A stretch of 62,841 nucleotides of DNA, taken from assembly GCA_964610875.1 (NCBI GenBank), contig CAZSWP010000021.1:1-62841 (forward strand). The letters run 5' to 3'. This stretch comes from an uncultured archaeon (GTDB taxonomy: Archaea; Asgardarchaeota; Thorarchaeia; Thorarchaeales; Thorarchaeaceae). The notes under the pieces were generated by a model. That model made no database searches. It was not told where the DNA came from and saw nothing but the letters and a program-made list of their open reading frames with translations. Position 1 is the first letter of the stretch. Every line of letters starts with the position of its first letter. Below are positions 48,852-58,070 of this stretch, one piece after another. The position numbers were made by a program, and so were the translations under genes.

Positions 48852-49075
48852 GTCGGAGCACTTGTTTTACGGAAAGGTCTGAGCTGTCCTAAGCCAGTTA
48901 TCCGAGATAATATACCCGAGGCAACTCTTGTCCCAGTGGGAGCTTCTCAAGAGTAGGGCCGCCACACCGTTCATTGTAACTTGTACAAACTTGGACACCA
49001 GAGTGATGTACCTCCATAAACGGTAATGGATCGTACTCTGTGAGGTTATTCTATGTGTCTGGTCAACCTCACAAT
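48852..49075 (-). ncRNA. Candidate structured ncRNA of unrecognised family (alternatively a small ORF with a structured leader)
   Basis: GC-richer intergenic stretch with at least five stems and a 9-bp loop pseudoknot; mismatches resolve as G.U only on the minus strand. Confidence 0.5.
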
Positions 49076-49251
49076 ACTATGATTATCTTTTGCTATACAA
49101 AGACCTACAGATGTACATTCTTTATTCAATCATTCACTAAAGAAATGTCCAACTTTGACCAGATCTCTTGTAACTGTTGGCAACCCTCTTTTTTACTTGA
49201 TAACGAAGGTTTAAACATGTAATGCTGAAGTATTCCTAACTCGATAATAAG

Positions 49252-50865
49252 ATGGGCTGTAACATAATGAACTCCACTTCTAGAAGTAGGGCGAAAAACT
49301 ATCCCGTTGTATCAAAAATTCAAGCAGCAAAGAATTTTCTGGCACAGTATAGGTCAGATTTCAATTTACTTCTTGCAGCAACAGTAGCAGTTTCTTTGAC
49401 ATCTTTTCATTACCTCTGGACCATGTTTCAATACACTGGACCTGGTTTCACAATAGATGACTCTTGGATTCATTTTGTCTATGCTCAACGAATCTTTCAA
49501 GGAATACCATGGCAATATTCTCCTGGCTATCCTAGTACTGGATCAACAAGTCCACTATGGTCTGTGATTCTTTCTCTACCTTTTTTCCTATCACAGGAAA
49601 CCAATACCATAATTCTGATGGTCTATTTGATCTCTATCATATTCTATATTGCTTGCACATTCTTAGTGGGAAAATTGATACAATATGTAACTGAAGCTAG
49701 TATATGGGGATATGTTGGAGTTCTTGGATTTATCCTCATCCCAAGGAATACTTGGCTTATGTTATCAGGAATGGAAACTCCATTATTTGTATTCATGCTA
49801 CTTTTGGGCTGTTTCGTGCTCAATTCTGAAAACCACAAGACTGATTTCGTTATTGGGGTGATAATTGGACTTGCTTTCCTATCAAGACCTGAGGGAGGAA
49901 TTATACTGGGCTTTGCAACAGGAGTCCGTTTCCTCTACCTTCTTATTTCAAGGAATATCGATATTGAACGTCTAGTAGCTCATGCTATTATTCCCATGGT
50001 TACATTGATTGTAGCTTCACCATGGATTATTCATTGCTTGCATGTCACTGGCCTTCCACTCCCTGATACATTCTATGTTAAAGCACATGTTCCACAAGCA
50101 TATGAAATCGAAGCATGGAATTTCTGGTGGAATCTTCTCTCAATATCAATGCCTTTCCTCCTATTCGGTACTTTTTCTGGGATTATCCTCTTCTTCAAAA
50201 AACAACCTTATCCATGGATTCTAGCAGTGATGTTGACGCTACTATATCGTCTATCAAGTCCATATGCAGCATTGATTAATAATTTGAGATATCTCGTTCC
50301 AGTCTTTCTTCTTATATTTGTCAGTGCAATTGCGGCCGTTGGTATCATCATTCAACAAGTTCAAAGAAAACTCAAAAAACCTGACATCAATCTTAACCTT
50401 GAAGTAATAGCTATTATTATCACAGTATTCATGTTGATTATTCCATTGATTTCTGGTTATTCTTCTCAATCAATATACTATGCAAAGGCTGTTAGAACCG
50501 TAAATGAACAACATGTTGTAATAGGAAAGTGGCTTAATGAAAACACATCCCAAGATGCGGTCTTTGCTTCTCACGATGCTGGTGCTTTGGTGTATTATGC
50601 AAATCGAACATTCATTGACATTGTAGGTCTCGTAAGTCCAGAGATTGCTCATGGAAATATGACAACTCAAGAGCTTCTCCAATACCTTAAGGATCGCAAT
50701 TGTAGCTATATCGTATCTTTTCCTGGCTTGATTAGTGTGTGGGCAAGACACCTCTCTGGTGCTTATGTTGTTGAACTCTCTGTATATGTGGAGGATCATG
50801 TAGGTGGGGGTCGACCAATGATGAATGTCTATCGCATACTTTGGAATCAAGTAGACTTGCCTTAG
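49252..50865 (+). CDS. GT-C-fold membrane glycosyltransferase (polyprenyl-phosphate-sugar dependent)
   Basis: TIDDSWIHF in the first external loop, GSTSPLW, SGMETPLF, LSRPEG, RYLVP, DAGAL..DIVGL; multi-TM. Confidence 0.8.
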   Translation: MGCNIMNSTSRSRAKNYPVVSKIQAAKNFLAQYRSDFNLLLAATVAVSLTSFHYLWTMFQYTGPGFTIDDSWIHFVYAQRIFQGIPWQYSPGYPSTGSTSPLWSVILSLPFFLSQETNTIILMVYLISIIFYIACTFLVGKLIQYVTEASIWGYVGVLGFILIPRNTWLMLSGMETPLFVFMLLLGCFVLNSENHKTDFVIGVIIGLAFLSRPEGGIILGFATGVRFLYLLISRNIDIERLVAHAIIPMVTLIVASPWIIHCLHVTGLPLPDTFYVKAHVPQAYEIEAWNFWWNLLSISMPFLLFGTFSGIILFFKKQPYPWILAVMLTLLYRLSSPYAALINNLRYLVPVFLLIFVSAIAAVGIIIQQVQRKLKKPDINLNLEVIAIIITVFMLIIPLISGYSSQSIYYAKAVRTVNEQHVVIGKWLNENTSQDAVFASHDAGALVYYANRTFIDIVGLVSPEIAHGNMTTQELLQYLKDRNCSYIVSFPGLISVWARHLSGAYVVELSVYVEDHVGGGRPMMNVYRILWNQVDLP

Positions 50866-50977
50866 TTAACATTAGTAACATTAATACGGTTCCCGGCATG
50901 ACTTGTGGTTGGTGTTAGATTTGTCAAATCGTCCCGTATTTCTTTCAGTACAATACTCCGACCGTGGCTTAACAACG

Positions 50978-51640
50978 ATGGGCCATGAGAAGAAAATGAT
51001 TAGAGAAAAAGATGTGAAATTCGATGATGAAGATGGCTCTCTTGAAGTCACGGATATCCGTATAGTATGGATAAAGAACCCCTCTCGTTGGGGTGGACTG
51101 AAGAAAGCTGGAGCTATTGCTGGAGCAATCGCTGGTGCTGTTGCCGTTGATGCACTTGGTGACTCAATAGGTGGTCGCACAGGAAGAGCTATTAGCAGAG
51201 CCGGCTGGAGGATGGGTGCAGGTGCAGCTGGTCTTGCCATTACCAAGTGGACTATGGACTCATATTACAATAAGGACAAAGATGGTAATACTGAGAGCAT
51301 AGCTTTACCTATTGTGGCTATTAGTCAGGCTACACAGACAGGTGATAGACTGATAGTTGAATTGAAATCTGGGGGCCACATGGACTTCAAATTCAAACAA
51401 AAGAAGGTAATACCCTCCATCATTGCATCAATTTCTTCTGCTCAGAACGAAGGGAAATGCCCATTCTGTGGAACTCAAACCCGTGGTGGAACACAGTGTC
51501 CAAACTGTGGTGCACCAATTGAAGGTGGCGGTGGCGGAACTTCAGGTGACACTTCTGGTGGAGCTGAGTTCTGTACAAACTGTGGGAATCCCGTGCCTGC
51601 GGGTGCTAAGTTCTGCGGTAAATGTGGCAATAGAGTATAA
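50978..51640 (+). CDS. PH/GRAM-like domain with Gly/Ala-rich insert plus double Zn-ribbon modules
   Basis: GSLEVTDIRIVW...IALPIVAISQ; CPFCG..CPNCG and FCTNCG..FCGKCG. Confidence 0.75.
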   Translation: MGHEKKMIREKDVKFDDEDGSLEVTDIRIVWIKNPSRWGGLKKAGAIAGAIAGAVAVDALGDSIGGRTGRAISRAGWRMGAGAAGLAITKWTMDSYYNKDKDGNTESIALPIVAISQATQTGDRLIVELKSGGHMDFKFKQKKVIPSIIASISSAQNEGKCPFCGTQTRGGTQCPNCGAPIEGGGGGTSGDTSGGAEFCTNCGNPVPAGAKFCGKCGNRV

Positions 51641-51651
51641 GGATCCATTAA

Positions 51652-52401
51652 TCAGGTGAAGAGACTCTCTTCGTAGGGTCTCTGCACATCTTTTCCTTTT
51701 TCCTCACCTCCTTGATATTCATACCCTCGGATGATCACTGCAGGGATTGCTTCACCTGCCTGTCCCATTAACAGCTCAGCAGCACTTGCCAACTGATCTA
51801 TTTGACATACAGTTGATGATTGCAATTCTCTTCCATATAGATCTAGCTTTCCTTTGTTATGTTTGAAAGCATTGATACCAGCACAACCCAATGCAATGTT
51901 TACTGCCCCTCTCCTCCAAGGTCTACCTTCCGTATCAGCGATAATGATTGCTATCTCAAACCCTAAATAATTGACAAATTGCTCTCTCAATAGTTCAGCT
52001 GATTTATCGCTATTTAGAGGTAGCATCACATAGCTGTCCGCTGGTGCATTCGAATGGTCTACGCCTGAGAAATTACAGATTAACCCTGACTTGGTCTGTG
52101 TAATGAGTGCTCTTTTTTTTCTGAGTATACGTTTTGACTCATTTAACGCAAGTTCCACTTGGTAAGGATCAAATGCATTTGCTTCTGCAATTTCTAGAGC
52201 GTGTGCTGAAAGACAAATGTCTTGTTTTGATTTATATCTTGCTTCAGCTTTTGAAACAATAGTATGTGCAATGACTAAGATATCCTGTTTTTGAAGTACA
52301 AGCAACTCTTTCTCCATCAGACCTTTGAAGATATTGAACAAATCGGTGCCTTTATTGATAACTGGAATATTATGTACTGGAAAGATATGGATATGATTCA
52401 T
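51652..52401 (-). CDS. cofE: Coenzyme F420-0:gamma-glutamyl ligase
   Basis: AHTIVSKAE, NFSGVDHSN, IIADTEGRPWRRG, DLYGREL, DQLASAAELLMGQAGE. Confidence 0.92.
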   Translation of the reverse strand: MNHIHIFPVHNIPVINKGTDLFNIFKGLMEKELLVLQKQDILVIAHTIVSKAEARYKSKQDICLSAHALEIAEANAFDPYQVELALNESKRILRKKRALITQTKSGLICNFSGVDHSNAPADSYVMLPLNSDKSAELLREQFVNYLGFEIAIIIADTEGRPWRRGAVNIALGCAGINAFKHNKGKLDLYGRELQSSTVCQIDQLASAAELLMGQAGEAIPAVIIRGYEYQGGEEKGKDVQRPYEESLFT

Positions 52402-52650
52402 CAATATACGCTCCTAGCATAGAGTCTTTTGATTTGTTTTCTTTTGAACTTCATCATTAAATTGTATATGGCAAACACGCTCTAGATGCCGTAGATTTGC
52501 ATTTAAGGAACATCTACAGGAAAACGTTATAGGAAAGAACGGATATGACCAAAGAGTCTAGACGGGTAGTTCTTATCCAAAGGGGTAGTAGTAAGAATCG
52601 ATAATCAAACCCCGACTAAACAAAATATGTTACCTCATGGTGAATGACAA

Positions 52651-54615
52651 TTGAGTAAGAAGACTTCCCCAACCGGTGATATCAAGCAAGGAACTATTGC
52701 TAAGTTCATGAGAAAGAGGACCCAGCTTGTTGGTTTCGAGACCGGTCTAAACAAACATACACAGTATGCTATTGAGTTTCTTGACAATGCAATAGATGCA
52801 TTGGAGAGCTGGTGGTGGAAATCGAAAAAGCACCCAAGACTGGATGACCAGCTAGATCCTGAGATTGTAAAGGAGATACGGGAGAAACTAAAACCTACTT
52901 TACATGATTCCATTGCATTGAGTAAGCAGCTGGAAAGAGATTTGAAAGCTGGTAAAGAGATCGAGCTTCCTCAGAGAAGAAAGGAAACACTTGACGAGAG
53001 AGTCAAAAGATTCAGAAAATTCCTTGTTCCATTTAGATCACTCATAAAGAAAAGAGAGCCTTTCGCAGTTATACAAATGACTGAAGTATTCATGCCAGAT
53101 CTTGTGCCTATTGATGATGAGGAAGGTTTCAAGGTCTACGAATTCATCTGCTTTGATAATGGAGTAGGAATGGTTCCTTCAGATCTTGAAAAATATGGTA
53201 TCTATCTTGCATCAAGTAAATCTGAAAAACTACGACAGACCAGAGGAAGTCAAGGCTTTGGTGCTCCCTCTGCATTTAGTGATGCTCAGAATACAACTGG
53301 AAAACCAATCTTTACTGTTTCAAAGCGATTCACCTCAAAGAAAGCCACAGTTGCTGATTTCTATACAACTACTGCGAACACAAAGGATTATGTCGGTGGA
53401 CCTATTGAGATGGATTTACCACTTCGGAATGGCACATTCATTCGATTGAACTATCTCAATATTCAGTATCGCCGTGGTTATGCAGATACCTACGCAGAAA
53501 TGGCTTCATTGCTTAATTCACATGTCACAATAATTTTCATTGATCCGTATGGTGAGGTTCATATTTATCCTCGAAGAGTGAAGCAATTCCCTGACGAACC
53601 AAAATATGCACAGCCTCATCCAGCAAGCATACGAATCGGTGAGTTTCAAGATCTCTTACGAGAAACACAAGAAACGGATCTTCGTGGATTTCTGACTAAA
53701 GCCTTTGTAAGGCTGAGTAGAAATAAGGCTAAGACAATCATTTCTGAAACAAATAAAGAATTACGGCGTCGGCGATTGGACACAATTAAATCATCAACCC
53801 CTACTGATGCATTAAGCAAGACCGAGGTCGAGCTATTGTATAGAGCCTTTTCAAGTCAGGATTATATTGCTCCCCCTACAGACACAGTAGTGCCAGTTGG
53901 AGAAGAGGTCTTTGAACAAACAATTCAGATGGCATACAATCCAGATTTTGTTACAGCTGTGACAAGAAAACCAACTTCTGGAAAAGGCCTTTCATTTGCA
54001 ATAGAAGTATGTATTGCATATGGTGGTGAAATCAAACCTGCAACGTCTGCTCCTATGGTGCTTTGGCGGTTTGTGAATAGAGTGCCAAAACTCAGGGATA
54101 ATAGTGACTGTGCTACATGGAAAGCTGCTGCGATGGTGAACTGGCGGAATTACAAAGTTTCGTCATTTGATAATGGGATTCCAAGGGGTCCAATTATGGT
54201 GTTTATTCATGTCTGTGGGGCATATGTACATGTTATGTTCAAAGGTCAATCTAAACAAGCTCTTGCAGAAGACGAAGTACTGCTTAAAGAAATCAAGCTT
54301 GCTCTTGAAGATGCAGGACGAAAATTCAGGAGATACATAACCAGAAGAGAAACCGCCAAGCGCAAGGCAAGAAGAGCAGGTGTGCTTGCGATGTATGCTG
54401 ACCAATTTGCAGAGAGTCTTACAAATATAGTAAACACTAGTGTTGGGAAGGATCTCTTTGATGCAGAAGTTGTTGCTGGCAAGCTACGAGACTCAATTAC
54501 AGGTTTTCATACAGTTGAAGATGAAGAAGAAACTGAAGATGAAACAACTGTTGATACGGAACTGATTGGTGATGCTTCAATAAGCACTGGTGAAACAAAG
54601 GAAGCAACTAGCTAA
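52651..54615 (+). CDS. top6B: DNA topoisomerase VI subunit B
   Basis: GHKL motifs EFLDNAIDA, DNGVG, RGSQGFG; PHP; H2TH; RFVNRVP; KQAL. Confidence 0.93.
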   Translation: MSKKTSPTGDIKQGTIAKFMRKRTQLVGFETGLNKHTQYAIEFLDNAIDALESWWWKSKKHPRLDDQLDPEIVKEIREKLKPTLHDSIALSKQLERDLKAGKEIELPQRRKETLDERVKRFRKFLVPFRSLIKKREPFAVIQMTEVFMPDLVPIDDEEGFKVYEFICFDNGVGMVPSDLEKYGIYLASSKSEKLRQTRGSQGFGAPSAFSDAQNTTGKPIFTVSKRFTSKKATVADFYTTTANTKDYVGGPIEMDLPLRNGTFIRLNYLNIQYRRGYADTYAEMASLLNSHVTIIFIDPYGEVHIYPRRVKQFPDEPKYAQPHPASIRIGEFQDLLRETQETDLRGFLTKAFVRLSRNKAKTIISETNKELRRRRLDTIKSSTPTDALSKTEVELLYRAFSSQDYIAPPTDTVVPVGEEVFEQTIQMAYNPDFVTAVTRKPTSGKGLSFAIEVCIAYGGEIKPATSAPMVLWRFVNRVPKLRDNSDCATWKAAAMVNWRNYKVSSFDNGIPRGPIMVFIHVCGAYVHVMFKGQSKQALAEDEVLLKEIKLALEDAGRKFRRYITRRETAKRKARRAGVLAMYADQFAESLTNIVNTSVGKDLFDAEVVAGKLRDSITGFHTVEDEEETEDETTVDTELIGDASISTGETKEATS

Positions 54616-54630
54616 GGAGGCCTGTGGCAA

Positions 54631-56982
54631 TTGAGTAAGAAAAAGAAAACCGAATCAATACAGACGACTTTAGGAGATGCAGAAGAAGAGGAACGTAAGA
54701 AGAAGACAGGCCAAAAGAAGTCAACGAAAAAGACTCCTAGGAAGAGTACATCTAAGAGTTCAAAGACTAAGAAATCTTCTACAAAAAAGACAAAGAAAAG
54801 TAAAGAGAAGAAAGCCAAACCCGAATCTGCACTCATGAAAATTCCAGGTATTGGTGAAACACTAGCCCAAAGATTGGCAGATGCTGGTTACGAAACAGTG
54901 GAAAAACTCTCGAAGACAAGCTACAAGACACTATCAAAAAAGGTGGATGGTATCAGCGAAGATGGAGCTAAGAAACTGATTTCAGATGCAAAAGAAAAGA
55001 TGAAAGCATCAAAGAAACCAGCAAAGAAATCTACCAAGAAGAAACCAACAAAAAAAGCGCCCAAAAAGAGTACAAAGCAACCAAAGAAGAGTAAGAAGAA
55101 GACAGTAAAGCCTGAACCAGCACTTCTTGAGATTCCCGGAATCGGCGAAACACTTGCTCACAGATTAGCAGATGCTGGTTATGAAACAGTAGAGAAGTTA
55201 TCGAAAACACGCTACAAAACATTATCCAAGAAAGTAGATGGTGTGAGTGAAGATGGAGCTAAGAAACTTATCTCATCAGCAAAAGATAGTTTGAAGAAAG
55301 AAAAGAAAGAAGAATCAGAAGAAGCAGAAATTGAAGAAAGTCGTCCTTCACTTACTGAAATCTCTGGTGTCGGCAAAAAATTAGAAAAGAACCTATCTGC
55401 TGCGGGTTATGACTCCATTGCTCGTTTATCCAGAGCAAATGTCAGTTCGCTAGCTGACAGAGTTGATGGACTTGGTGAGGATCGTGCGGCTGCATTGGTT
55501 GATGCGGCAAAAGCAATCATGAAGAAAAGGGAAGAAGAAGAGCTTTCAGGTACTGTCAAAATATCCGCGAAGAAATCTGAAGAAAAATCACCTGAGAAGC
55601 CTAAAGAACCAGAGAAAGAAGAAGTAAGATTAGAGGAGTCGAAGGAAACGCCAAAGAAGACAAGTAAAAAGAGAGATACTCCAAAGAAAGAGAAGAAAGC
55701 AGAATCGAAATCACAGAAAAGAAAGACAAAAGCCCCACCAAAGAGAAAGAAGCCAAAGCCAAAAAGAAGCTCTTCTGGTCTACCCGTTCCAGAATCCGTT
55801 TCTGATCTAACCGTCGAAATGAAGAAACGTTGGGCGAAAGCGGCGAAAAGAAAGAAAGATGTTGCTGAAGGGAAAGTGGATGAAGAAGAGTCAGAAATGC
55901 TTGAAACGGTGGAAGTAATGGCACTTGAGGCTGAAGACACTCAAGAAAGACTTGTGGAAACAGCTTCAGATGTTTTGAATGAAACCATGTTGACTGGACG
56001 TCCTGCTTTTGAAATCCCTAGTCGGTCCAGCGATAATATCGTTTGGGATGAAGTGAGAGACCTCTTGCTTCTAGGAATGAAGACCATAAACCGTCCATAT
56101 CACTCTCTTGCTTCTGTTGTTGATGCTACAAGAACAGCTAGGGTGATGGAAATTGTCTTTGAACTCCTTCGCTCCAATCTTCACGCAACAAAACGTGAGG
56201 TATTCTATAGTGATGTGAACCTCTTCAGAGATCAAAAATACAGCGACAAAATTATCGAGGATGTTGCTTCAATGCTACAAGCTACTCGTGATAGTGTCCA
56301 CATTGTGGCATCTGCACGAGGTTCAGCAATGGGGCGAGTGAAGATTCGTGATGGTGGCGATCTTATTGATCTCACTAAGATGGGTACGGGTGGTTGGGCT
56401 GTCACTCCATTTCTTGACCAACTAGAGATAGTAGAAAGCGATGCCGAGTTCATCATTGTTTCTGAGAAGGACGCAGCTGTAATGCGTTTGGCAGAAGCGA
56501 AGTACTGGAATAGGATGCCCTGTATCGTACTGACAGGAAAAGGTTCTGGCGACATCGCTACAAGAGCATTTCTGAAAATGCTAGTCAAGGAACTGGAGAT
56601 TCCCGCATTCGCACTTGTGGACTCTGACCCCTATGGACATTATATCTACTCTGTATTTCTCAGAGGTAGTAAGAGATTGAGCTATGAGTCACCATTCATT
56701 GCTACTCCTGAGTTGAAACTGTTAGGAGTCCTGAGTAGAGACCTTGACAAGTTCAAGATTCCGAAGAGTGTCAGGATTCCTATGGAACCACGAGACATCA
56801 AACGTGTTAGAGAGATGTTGAAGGAACCTTTTGTTAGACAGAACAAAGAGTGGGTTGAGGATCTCAAATTAATGCTATCACTGAAGGAGAAAGCAGAGAT
56901 ACAGGCCTTCGCTAGTCATAGCTTTGAATATCTGACTGATGAATATCTTCCTACTAAACTCGAGACTGGGGATTGGATATAG
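54631..56982 (+). CDS. top6A: DNA topoisomerase VI subunit A with long N-terminal Lys-rich/HhH extension
   Basis: Catalytic TKREVFY, Toprim SEKDA, TGKG, DSDPYG, KAEIQA in the C-terminal ~350 aa. Confidence 0.93.
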   Translation: MSKKKKTESIQTTLGDAEEEERKKKTGQKKSTKKTPRKSTSKSSKTKKSSTKKTKKSKEKKAKPESALMKIPGIGETLAQRLADAGYETVEKLSKTSYKTLSKKVDGISEDGAKKLISDAKEKMKASKKPAKKSTKKKPTKKAPKKSTKQPKKSKKKTVKPEPALLEIPGIGETLAHRLADAGYETVEKLSKTRYKTLSKKVDGVSEDGAKKLISSAKDSLKKEKKEESEEAEIEESRPSLTEISGVGKKLEKNLSAAGYDSIARLSRANVSSLADRVDGLGEDRAAALVDAAKAIMKKREEEELSGTVKISAKKSEEKSPEKPKEPEKEEVRLEESKETPKKTSKKRDTPKKEKKAESKSQKRKTKAPPKRKKPKPKRSSSGLPVPESVSDLTVEMKKRWAKAAKRKKDVAEGKVDEEESEMLETVEVMALEAEDTQERLVETASDVLNETMLTGRPAFEIPSRSSDNIVWDEVRDLLLLGMKTINRPYHSLASVVDATRTARVMEIVFELLRSNLHATKREVFYSDVNLFRDQKYSDKIIEDVASMLQATRDSVHIVASARGSAMGRVKIRDGGDLIDLTKMGTGGWAVTPFLDQLEIVESDAEFIIVSEKDAAVMRLAEAKYWNRMPCIVLTGKGSGDIATRAFLKMLVKELEIPAFALVDSDPYGHYIYSVFLRGSKRLSYESPFIATPELKLLGVLSRDLDKFKIPKSVRIPMEPRDIKRVREMLKEPFVRQNKEWVEDLKLMLSLKEKAEIQAFASHSFEYLTDEYLPTKLETGDWI
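54817..55286 (+). repeat. Internal duplication of a 60-aa HhH-pair module (54817-54996 and 55108-55287; third diverged copy from ~55342)
   Basis: 52 of 60 aa identical by hand count; offset 291 nt. Confidence 0.9.
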
Positions 56983-56994
56983 AAAATAACTAAT

Positions 56995-57204
56995 CTAATC
57001 CCGATTATTCCTTTTTCTTTTGCCACCTATCGGAAGAGGACCAGCTGAGGAACCTATCATTCCCGGTGTGTATGAAGCATCATACACATTCTCACGTCTA
57101 ATATCTCCATCAAATCTCATCCCCTTGAGAAGATATGCAATTACTAATAATACTCCTGCAATTACCACTCCAGCAAGTAATATCTCAATCACAATAGACC
57201 ACAT
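56995..57204 (-). CDS. Small single-TM protein
   Basis: N-terminal TM and basic C-terminal tail. Confidence 0.6.
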   Translation of the reverse strand: MWSIVIEILLAGVVIAGVLLVIAYLLKGMRFDGDIRRENVYDASYTPGMIGSSAGPLPIGGKRKRNNRD

Positions 57205-57290
57205 TGTATTCTTGATGTGAACTAAGACAAGCTTATTGATAATTCACCATAGCGAAACAGTTTCGAAAAATAATTTATGACTGATATTGA

Positions 57291-57896
57291 TTATGTTGTA
57301 TTTTTGATAAGATAGTTTCCCTGGAAACCTGACCAGAGTACCATTGAATAGACTGCAATTTTCTGCATTAGTGCTCCACCAATGAAGAAGATGTGTAATA
57401 GACAGATGGTAGCTACTGCAAACCCAACAAGTGATAGCAAGCTGTTGTATTCTGGATTGATTAGCATTCCAACTGAATAGATGATTATTGCTAGTGAATA
57501 TAGGATAAAGAAGAGGATTGTCGCCCATCCATGTTCAGCTGGATAGACATCACCTGCAAAGATAGCCAGCAAAGAAAGGCAAGGAGCTGCAGCAAAACCC
57601 AGAATAGAACCTATCCAACCAATAGTTTTCACCATTCGGCTATCTGAGAACACCATCTTGATTGCATACCAGAATGGTATTGAGCAGACTGCGGCAGAAG
57701 AACATGCCAAGATGAAGAGGATGTAGTTAAAGAATGCTGGTTGACCATTTATGACTGTCAAGCCAAGTTGGCTGAAGTAATTATCAATGAATGAATATCC
57801 GCCAGGATATATCAGCATATCAATGAAAGTGAAAATCACAAATAGAAGACCACCAAGGATTCCAGCTATTGCTCCAACTTTTTTCCAATCGGTCAT
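57291..57896 (-). CDS. DUF998-like membrane protein
   Basis: YPGGYSFIDNYFSQLG motif, about 6 TM, conserved His (EHGWAT). Confidence 0.75.
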   Translation of the reverse strand: MTDWKKVGAIAGILGGLLFVIFTFIDMLIYPGGYSFIDNYFSQLGLTVINGQPAFFNYILFILACSSAAVCSIPFWYAIKMVFSDSRMVKTIGWIGSILGFAAAPCLSLLAIFAGDVYPAEHGWATILFFILYSLAIIIYSVGMLINPEYNSLLSLVGFAVATICLLHIFFIGGALMQKIAVYSMVLWSGFQGNYLIKNTT

Positions 57897-58070
57897 GATG
57901 AAATCATCCAACAAAAAATAGTGTGTCTATCTCCCTAATAAAAAATTGTTAGATTATACCAATTGAGGTCATGAGTAACTAATTCGCGTTGCTATAGTGA
58001 AACAGCCTTAAGTAATTCTATCCACTTAACTATTATTAAATTATGATAGGAGTCTTAAGGAGGAATAGGT

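Noticed and set aside
48871-49040. Resemblance of the structured element to known RNAs (twister GUCCUAAGC loop, TPP GAGAU..AUACCC, fluoride CCAUAAAC, cobalamin AGACCU, RNase P GGCUUA, 23S sarcin-ricin region)
   Set aside because: Each match is a short isolated word, and the flanking conserved elements and their order are missing.
54660-55770. A-rich, repeat-like DNA suggesting an array
   Set aside because: Explained by Lys/Glu codons and the HhH duplication in top6A; there is no repeat-spacer pattern.
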